A stretch of DNA of 64,000 bases. Origin: the human T2T-CHM13v2.0 reference genome, Homo sapiens. The translations under genes and the position numbers were made by a program. The DNA is taken from assembly GCF_009914755.1 (NCBI RefSeq), contig NC_060947.1; one strand, written 5' to 3'. How positions within the stretch are numbered: position 1 is the stretch's first letter; every line of letters begins with the position of its first letter. This document shows, one piece after another, positions 56,494-64,000 of the stretch. The notes under the pieces are model-generated. The model was not told the DNA's origin. It searched no databases and saw only the letters and a program-made list of their open reading frames with translations.

Positions 56494-57816
56494 TGGGGTA
56501 GTGTTATTTAGCTTCAATATATTTGGTAATATTTGACCTTGTTGTAACTAGACATTGATATATTTCTGTATGTTCAAAATGCTTTATATTTTATTTGAAT
56601 AAGGTTTGTACAACTTGCTCTTTCTTAAGTACATCTTGAAGGCAAATAAGTCTTAGATTTGCTCTTTTGATGTTATTTTGTAGATGTCTTAAACATTATT
56701 TCTCTTCACTCTTCATTTTTCTTTTTCTGCTCTTTCTTTTGCTTGATCAATTCTCCTGTTGGTACCCTCTACTGCATTTTTTTTTTAGTTCACTTATTTT
56801 ATTTGGTAGCTCCAGGCTTTCTTTTTAATTTTTTATTATTTCTACCCTTTTTAAAGTTTCTCTGGTATTTTTATTAGTTGCTTTTCTGTTTTCCTTTGAT
56901 TTTTCTGCGTTTTCTCAAAACTGCTATTTTGAATTATTGATCTGAGAGCACACGCGTTGCTGTCTCATTATGGTCGGCCACTCCCTCCTTCTTTTGTCCA
57001 TTTGTAGAGGTCATAGTTTTCCATTTGCTCTTGTTATGGATATGTGTCTGTTTTCACATTGAAGGGTTTAGTTGTTTATTCTAATGTTTGCTATCTGTGT
57101 TACTTATTCTGTCTAGAAGTTTTGTGCAGAATGACTGAGTTCCTTTATTGTGATACTGCTCCCTCTTTTTAAGCACTAGATGTCACTCTAAGCCCTGGTT
57201 TGCTGTGGCATTCACAAACTTTTCAAGAGCTGCCTATTCCAGATGTAGAGGTCCTAATGGGGATATCCTTGCTGTGTGGAAAGGCTGGCTAGATGTTTGT
57301 GCCTAGAGGACCTATGAAGCATGCTTCTTACAGTGTGGTGCTGCTGAATAGCTTCTCTAATAAGGAGTCTCCTCTGACTGTGATAAAAAGCAGCCACCAC
57401 ATTTCACAAGCTTGGTGTGGGCAGCCCTACCTTCACACATGCCTCAGGATTTTCACCCTACATGCACTTACTCTGCTTCCTATGGATTTAGGCAAGAACA
57501 ATTTTCCTACAAAGAAACCAAAGTTGGTGGGGAAGCTGGCTGTCTGCCCTGATCCCAGTTTTTTGCTGTAGAATCATGAGTCTGGGGGGATATTTCCACA
57601 TGGCATGTGGGGAAGCTTGATGGGAGAGGTGTTGCAATTATAGAAGTTCATTTCTCTGATTGCGTGCTTGTGGTTTTTTACTCCTCTTTGGTTCCCGGGA
57701 TTGTGACAGCCTTGATTTTGAGTTCTGGGATATTCCTAGTGATAATCTTGGCACTGGATAATTGTTTTTGGTATTATATAAAAGATTAAAGACAAATTGT
57801 TTCTACTTCACCATAT

Positions 57817-58862
57817 TGTTGAAGCTTTGTTTATTTCCTTTGTAGATTTTATGATTTTCTATTTCTTTGTAACCATTGTTTTCTTTTGATGGTATTTGTG
57901 CATTTGCAAAGACAAACTCTTTTTCCAGTTCGCACAGGTTTTCTTTGGCAAGGGTAAACCTTCACTATTTAGTCTATCCTATAATTCTGGGTAGGGTAGC
58001 TTGTATTAACCTTGGGCTGGAGGAGCTTGCTTTCAGATTCTCTAGATGCCTGGGATTCTACCTTTACTCGAAATTTGAGGGGAGCAGTTGGCTAAGTTCT
58101 GCCAGATGTCAAGGTTACTGGTTTAGCTCTGTAATCAAGCTGACCTGATACTGGAAACTACAATTGCCTCTGACTCATATGGGCCATAGGGTGTATTCCC
58201 TGGTCAGAAAGTATCATTGTTTAAATTTAGCAGTTTGAGACAGTTGAAGAAGGATCCCAGAGTAAAGTGGAGTAAAACGAATAAAACCCACTTCCATGTT
58301 CAGCAAGAATGCATATTTAAGATTTGCTTTACCTAATTCATGCGGGGCTTAAAGCCTAGATGATGGGTTGATAGACTCAGCAAACCATGATGGCACATGC
58401 ATACCTATGTAACAAGCCTGCACGTTCAGCACATGTATCCCAGAACTTAAAGTAAAATAAAATTTAAAAAATAAAAAATTTGCCTTTCTTCCTGGGTGGG
58501 GTCTGAAGGTGGGCTTTGGGGCCCCGTGGAGTGCTGATTTAGCTTCTGTTTGTGGCAGAATTAGTGGCAGATATTTAGCAAAATTCACCCAGATGATTAT
58601 CTCTCTTGGCAGGGCCTAGGAATGGCAATTTATATACTGGGCTTGGAAGAATCTGTGCCTGTCTTCTTGCAAAAATTAGCTGTGTGTGTTGTCTCCCTGT
58701 ATATGTGGGGTATGGTGTGGGCTTTGAGGCAGCAAGGAGTGTTGTTTAAGCTTCTGGATATGACATAACTAGTGCCCACTTTTTCTCAACATTTAATGTT
58801 GGTTTTTTTTTTCTCCTGGTGTGGAGTCCTAGGGTAGGGTCAGAGGCTTGGCCTGCAGGCTG
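57817..58862 (-). mobile_element. L1M 5' region (continuation of 46670-49090)
   Basis: tgtgcatttgcaaagacaaactctttttccag...gggtaaaccttcact resembles L1M 5' sequence. Confidence 0.5.
58331..58474 (+). mobile_element. Very short 5'-truncated L1PA8-10-like 3' end
   Basis: gcggggcttaaagcctagatgatgggttgatag...cccagaacttaaagtaaaata. TSD aagatttgcttt / aaaatttgccttt. Confidence 0.85.
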
Positions 58863-61760
58863 GCCTTTAGTTGTTAGGCTATTAATTACTGCCTCAATTT
58901 CAGAACTTATTTTTGGTCCATTCCGGGATTCATCTTCTTCCTGGTTTAGTCTTCAGAGGGTGTGTGTGTCCAGGAATTTATCCATTTCTGTTAGATTTTC
59001 TAGTTTATTTGCATAGAGGTGTTTAAAGTATTCTTTGATGGTAGTTTGTATTTCTATGGGATCAGTGGTGATATCCCCATTAACATTTTCTATTGTGTCT
59101 ATTTGATTCTTTTATTTTTTCTTCTTTATTAGTCTGGCCAGTGATCTACGTATTTTGTTGATCTTTTCAAAAAACCAGCCCCTGGATTCATTTATTTTTT
59201 TGAAGAGTTTTCATGTCTCTATCCCCTTCAGTTCTGCTCTGATCTTACTTATTTCTTGTCTTCTGCTAGCTTTTGAATTTGTTTGCTCTTGCTTCTCTAG
59301 GTCTTTTAATTGTGATGTTAGGGTGTCAATTTTAGATCTTTCCTGCTTTCTCTTGTGGGCATTTTGTGCTATAAATTTCCCTCTAAAAGCCACTTTACCT
59401 GTGTCCCAGCAATTTTGGTACATTGTATCTTTGTTCTCATTGGTTTCAAAAAACTTATTTATTTCTGCCTTAATTTCGTTATTTACCCAGTAGTCATTCA
59501 GGAGCAGGTTGTTCAGTTTCCACGTAGTTGTGCAGTTTTGAGTGAGTTTCTTAATTCTGAGTCCTAATTTGATTGCACTGTGGTCTGAGAACCCGTTTAT
59601 TATGATTTCCATTATTTTGCATTTGCTGAGGAGTGCTTTACTTCCAATTATGTGGTCAATTTAAGGATAAGTGCAACGTGTTTCTGAGAAGAATGTATAT
59701 TCTGTTGATTTTGGGTGGAGTGTTCTGTAGATGTCTTTTAGGTCCTCTTGGTCCAGAGCTGAGTTCAATTCCTGAATATCCTTGTTAATTTTCTGGCTCA
59801 TTGATCTGTCTAATATTGACAATGGGGTGTTACAGTCGCTCACTGTTATTGTGTAGGAGTCTAAGTCTCATTGTAAGTCTCTAAGGACTTCCTCTGTGAA
59901 TGCGGGTACTCTTGTATTGGGTACATATATATTTAAGATAGTTACTCTTGTTGCATTGATCTCTTTACCATTATGTAATGCCCTTCTGTGTCTTTTATGA
60001 TCTTTGTTGGTTAAAAGTCTATTTTACCAGAGACTAGAATTGCAACCCCTGCTTATTTTTCTTTCCATTTGCTTTTATAAATATTCCTCCATCCCTTTAT
60101 TTTGAGCCTATGTGTGTCTTTTCCCATGCGATAGGTCTCCTGAACACAGCATACTGATGGGTCTTGACTCTATCATCTAATTTGCCAGGCTGTTAATTTT
60201 AATTGGTGGCGTTTAACCCATTTATATTTAAGGTTAATATTGTTATGTGTGAATTTGATCCTGTCATTATGATGCTAGCTGCTTATTACCCACCTTCTGA
60301 AGCCCACTTCCATCAATTTATCAAACTCATTCTCCATCCAGTTGAGCTCCTTTGCTGGCAAGGAGTTGTGACCCTTTGGAGGAGAAGAGGTGTTCTGGTT
60401 TTTGGAATTTTCAGCCTTTTTGCACTGGTTTTTCCTCATCTTCATGGATTTATCTACCTTTGGTCTTTAATGTTGGTTACCTTCATGTGGGGTTTCTATG
60501 TGGACGTCCTTTTGTTGATGTTGATGCTATTCCTTTCTGAATGTTAGTTCTCCTTCTAACCATCAGGCCTGTCTGCTGCAAGTCTGCTGGAGTTTGCTTG
60601 AAGTCCACTCCAGACCCAGACCCTGTTTGCCTAGGTATCACTGGTGGAGGCTGCAGAACAGCAAAGATTGCTGCCTGTTCCTTCCTCTGTAAACTTCATC
60701 CCAGAGGGTCACCTGTCAGATGCCAGCCAGAGCGTTCCTGTATAAGTTGTCTGTCTACCCCTGATAGGAAATGTCTCCCAGTCAAGAGACATGGGGGTGT
60801 AGGACCCACTTGAGGGGGCAGTGTGTCCCTTAGCAGAGCTCGAGCACTGTGCTGGGAGATCTGTTGCTCTCTTCAGAGCCAACAGGTAGGAACGCTTAAG
60901 TCTGCCAAAGCTGTGCCCACAGCCTCTCCTTCCCCCAGGTTCTATGTCCCAGAGATGGGAATATTATCTATAAGTCCCTGACTAAGGCCGCCTTTCTTTC
61001 AGTGATGCCTTGCCCAGAGAGGAGAAATCTAGACACGCAGTCTGGCTACAGTGGCTTTGCCAAGCAGCAGTGGGCTCTGCCTAGTTCAAACTTCCTGGTG
61101 CCTTTGTTTACACTGTGAAGGAGAAACCGCCTACTCAAGCCTCTGTAATGGTGGATGCCCTTCCCCCCACCAAGCTCAAGTGTCCCAGGTGGACTTCAGA
61201 CTGCTGTGCTGGAAGTGAGAATTTTGAGCCAGTGGATCTTAGCGTGCTGGGTTCCATGGGGGTGGGATTTGCTGAGCTAGATGACTTGGCCCCCTGACTT
61301 CAGCCCCCTTTTTAGGGGAGTGAACAGTTCTGTCTCACTGGCATTCCAGGCACCACTGGGGTATGCAAAATAATCCTGCAGCTAGCTCAGTGCCTGCCCT
61401 AATGGCTACCCACTTTTGTGCTTGAAACTCAGGGCTCTGGTAGTATAGGCACCAGAGGGAATCTCCTGGTCTGTGGGTTGTGAAGACCATGGGAAAAGCA
61501 TACACCATTCCTCATGGCATAGTTCCTCATAGCTTCCTTGGCTAGGGAAGGGAGTTCACCAACTCTTGCACTTCCTGGGTGAGGGGGTGCCCCACCCTGC
61601 TTTGGCTTGCCCTCCATGGGCGGAATCCACTGTCTACCCAGTCTCAACAAGATTAGCCAGATACCTCAGTTGGAAATCCAGAAATCACCCACCTTCTGCA
61701 TTGATCTCACTGGGAGTTGCAGATGGGAGCTTTTCTTATTCAGCCATCTTGACAGCCACC
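58863..61760 (-). mobile_element. L1PA7-like 5' half (5'UTR, deleted ORF1, ORF2 endonuclease), 3' part missing
   Basis: 5' terminus ttcagccatcttgacagccacc. ORF1 deletion junction ~60285. ORF2 fragments at 59211-59843 (FSDHSAIKL). No poly-A. Confidence 0.88.
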
Positions 61761-62290
61761 ATGGTTGTTGTTGTTGTTGTTGTTTTTGTTTTTCTAATTC
61801 ATTGTGTCATTCTCTGCCATTTGTTGGTGTATTTAGATTATTTATGGTTAATTATTAATATGTTAGAGCTTAAGTCCAACATTGTATTAATTGTATTTGC
61901 TTTTTATGTTTTTCATTATTCAATTTAAGTTTCTTACTAGATTTTTAACACTTTTTAAGATTCTGTCTTTATTCGCTTGTAGTTTTTAGAGGTATCTCTT
62001 TGTATATTTTCTTAGTTATTGCTTTGATTATTACTATGTATTTGTGAAATTACAGTCCACCAGTGTTGATATATTATATACTGAGTACCATCTTGAGTAT
62101 CAGATATTATTATATTTTCATCCAATTACCAATGTGATATACAAATCTCATGCAAAATTAGAATAGTCTACTGTATGCCATATTTTTTTCTGTTATTATG
62201 CTTTCTGTTTATCGTCATTTACAAGGTTTCTTCAGCCATTTCTAGAGAACAAATTTGCTATCAACAAATTGTTTTATCTTTATGAAATAA
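61761..62290 (-). mobile_element. Ancient L1M(C/E)-like fragment with (GTT)n at its left edge
   Basis: ttggtgtatttagattatttat...taattattaatatgttagagcttaagtc resembles old L1 antisense sequence. Confidence 0.5.
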
Positions 62291-62595
62291 AGAAAACAGG
62301 CAGTTCCAAGATGGCCAAATAGGAACGGCTCCAATCTACAGCTCCCACCGTGAGCAATGCAGAAGACAGGTGATTTCTGCATTTCCAACTGAGGTACTGG
62401 GTTCATCTCACTGGGGCATGTCAGACAGTGGGTGCAGGACAGTTGCTGCAGCCCACGGAGTGAGAGCCAAAGCAGGGTGAGACATCACCTTACCCAGAAA
62501 GTGCAAGGGATCAGGGAATTCCCTTTCCTAGCCAAGGGAAGCCATGACAGACAGCACCCGGAAAATTGGGTCACTCCCACCCTAATACTGTGCTT

Positions 62596-62742
62596 TTACA
62601 AGGGTCTCAGCAAATGGCACACCAGGAGACCATATCCTGTGCCTGGCTCAGAGGGTCCCATGCCCACAGAGCCTGCTATCACCAGCAGTCTGAGATCAAA
62701 CTGCAAGGTGGGCAGCAAGGCTGGGGGAGGGGCGTCCACCAT
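62596..62742 (-). pseudogene. L1 ORF0 remnant
   Basis: MVDAPPPALLP...GSVGMGPSEPGTGYGLLV resembles primate ORF0 (MAGAPPPASLP...SVGVGPSEPG). The middle is frameshifted. Confidence 0.7.
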
Positions 62743-63695
62743 TGCTGAGGCTAAAGTAGGTAAACAAAGTGGCCCAGAAGCTCCAACTGGGTGGAGCCCA
62801 CCGCAGCTCAAGGAGGCCTGCCTGCAACTGTAGACAACACCTCTGGGGGCAGGGCATAGACAAACAAAAGGCAGCAGAAACCTCTGCAGATTTAAATGTC
62901 CCTGTCTGACAGCTTTGAAGAGAGTAGTGGTTCTCCCAGCATGGAGTTTGAGATCTGAGAATGGACAGACTGCCTCCTCAAGTGGGTCCTTCATCCCTGA
63001 GTAGCCTAACTGGGAGGCACCCCCCCCCCCCAGTAGAGGCAGACTGACACCTCACATGGCTGGGTACCCCTCTGAGACAAAGCTTCCACAAGAATGATCA
63101 GGCAGCAACATTTGCTGTTCAGCAATATTCGCTGTTCGGAAGCCTCTGCTGCTGATACCCAGGCAAACAGCGTCTGGAGTGGAACTCCAGCAAACTCCAA
63201 CAGAACTGCATCTGAGGGTCCTGACTGTTAGAAGGAAAGCTAACAAACAGAAAGGACATCCACACCAAAACCCCATCTGTACGTCATGATCATCAAACAC
63301 CCAAGGAAGATAAAACCACAAAGATGGGGAGAAACCAGAGCAGAAAAGCTGAAAATTATAAAAATGGGAGTGCCCCTTCTCCTCCACAGGAATGCAGATC
63401 CTCGCCAGCAATGAAACAAAGCTCGATGGAGAATGACCTTGACAAGTTGAGAGAAGAAGGCTTCAGATGGTCAAACTTCTCCAAGCTAAAGGAGGATGTT
63501 CAAACCCATCACAAAGAAGCTAAAAACCTTGAAAAAACATTAGACGAATGACTAACTAGAATAATCAGCATAGAGAAGTCCTTAAATGACCTGACAGAGC
63601 TGAAAAACATGACATGAGAACTACGTGATGCATGCACAAGCTTCAGTGGCCGATTTGATCAACTGGACGAAAGGGTATCAGTGACTGAAGATCAA

Positions 63696-64000
63696 ATGAA
63701 TGAAATGAAGCGAGAAGAGAAGTTTAGAGAAAAAAGAGTAAAAAGAAATGAACAAAGCCTTCAAGAAATATGGGACTATGTGAAAAGACCAACAAAGATC
63801 AAAAGAGACAGAGAAGGCCATTACAGAATGGTAAAGGGATCAATTCAACAAGAAGAGCTAACTATTCTAAATATATATGCACCTAAGACAGGAGCACCAA
63901 GATTCATAAAGCAAGTCCTTAGTGACTTACAAAGAGACATAGACTCCCACACAATAATAATGGGAGGCTTTAACACACTTCTGTCAACATTAGACAGATC
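63696..64000 (+). pseudogene. In-frame L1 ORF1-ORF2 chimeric reading frame (open to the window end)
   Basis: Manual translation MNEMKREEKFREKRVKRNEQSLQEIWDYVKRP|TKIKRDREGHYRMVKGSIQQEELTILNIYAPKTGAPRFIKQVLSDLQRDIDSHTIIMGGFNTLLSTLDR, with no stop codon. Confidence 0.7.

Larger units (their letters stand above)
62297..64000 (+). mobile_element. L1PA5/6-like element with complete 5'UTR, running off the window
   Basis: ttccaagatggccaaataggaac (YY1 site). ORF1 ATG at 63324 (MGRNQSRKAEN), stops at 63549 and ~63616. Deletion junction into ORF2 at ~63790. Confidence 0.92.

Overview
Primate (human or great-ape-like) genomic DNA made almost entirely of nested retroelements. I see no host gene, RNA gene or CRISPR array, and no evidence of a new multi-gene system. 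Every ORF in the track comes from L1, Alu or LTR remnants or from low-complexity DNA. Target-site duplications (TSDs) allow most of the nesting to be reconstructed. An old L1MA (-) hosts a full-length L1PA13-15-like element (186-20486, +) swollen to 20 kb by six later insertions, and a full-length L1PA16-like element (~24237-35910, -). Further right lie MER31-like ERV sequence, L1M/L1MA pieces and two head-to-head L1PA 5'UTRs. Notable structures: (1) a 2.65-kb TA-rich minisatellite of palindromic units grown from a short TA seed in L1 ORF2; (2) four twin-primed 5'-inverted L1 insertions, three with candidate 3' transductions; (3) a subfamily-mosaic L1; (4) a local ORF1 duplicate captured inside a THE1D; (5) a deletion fusing L1 ORF1 to ORF2 in frame. 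Subfamily names are from recalled consensus sequences, not a RepeatMasker/Dfam run, and are approximate.
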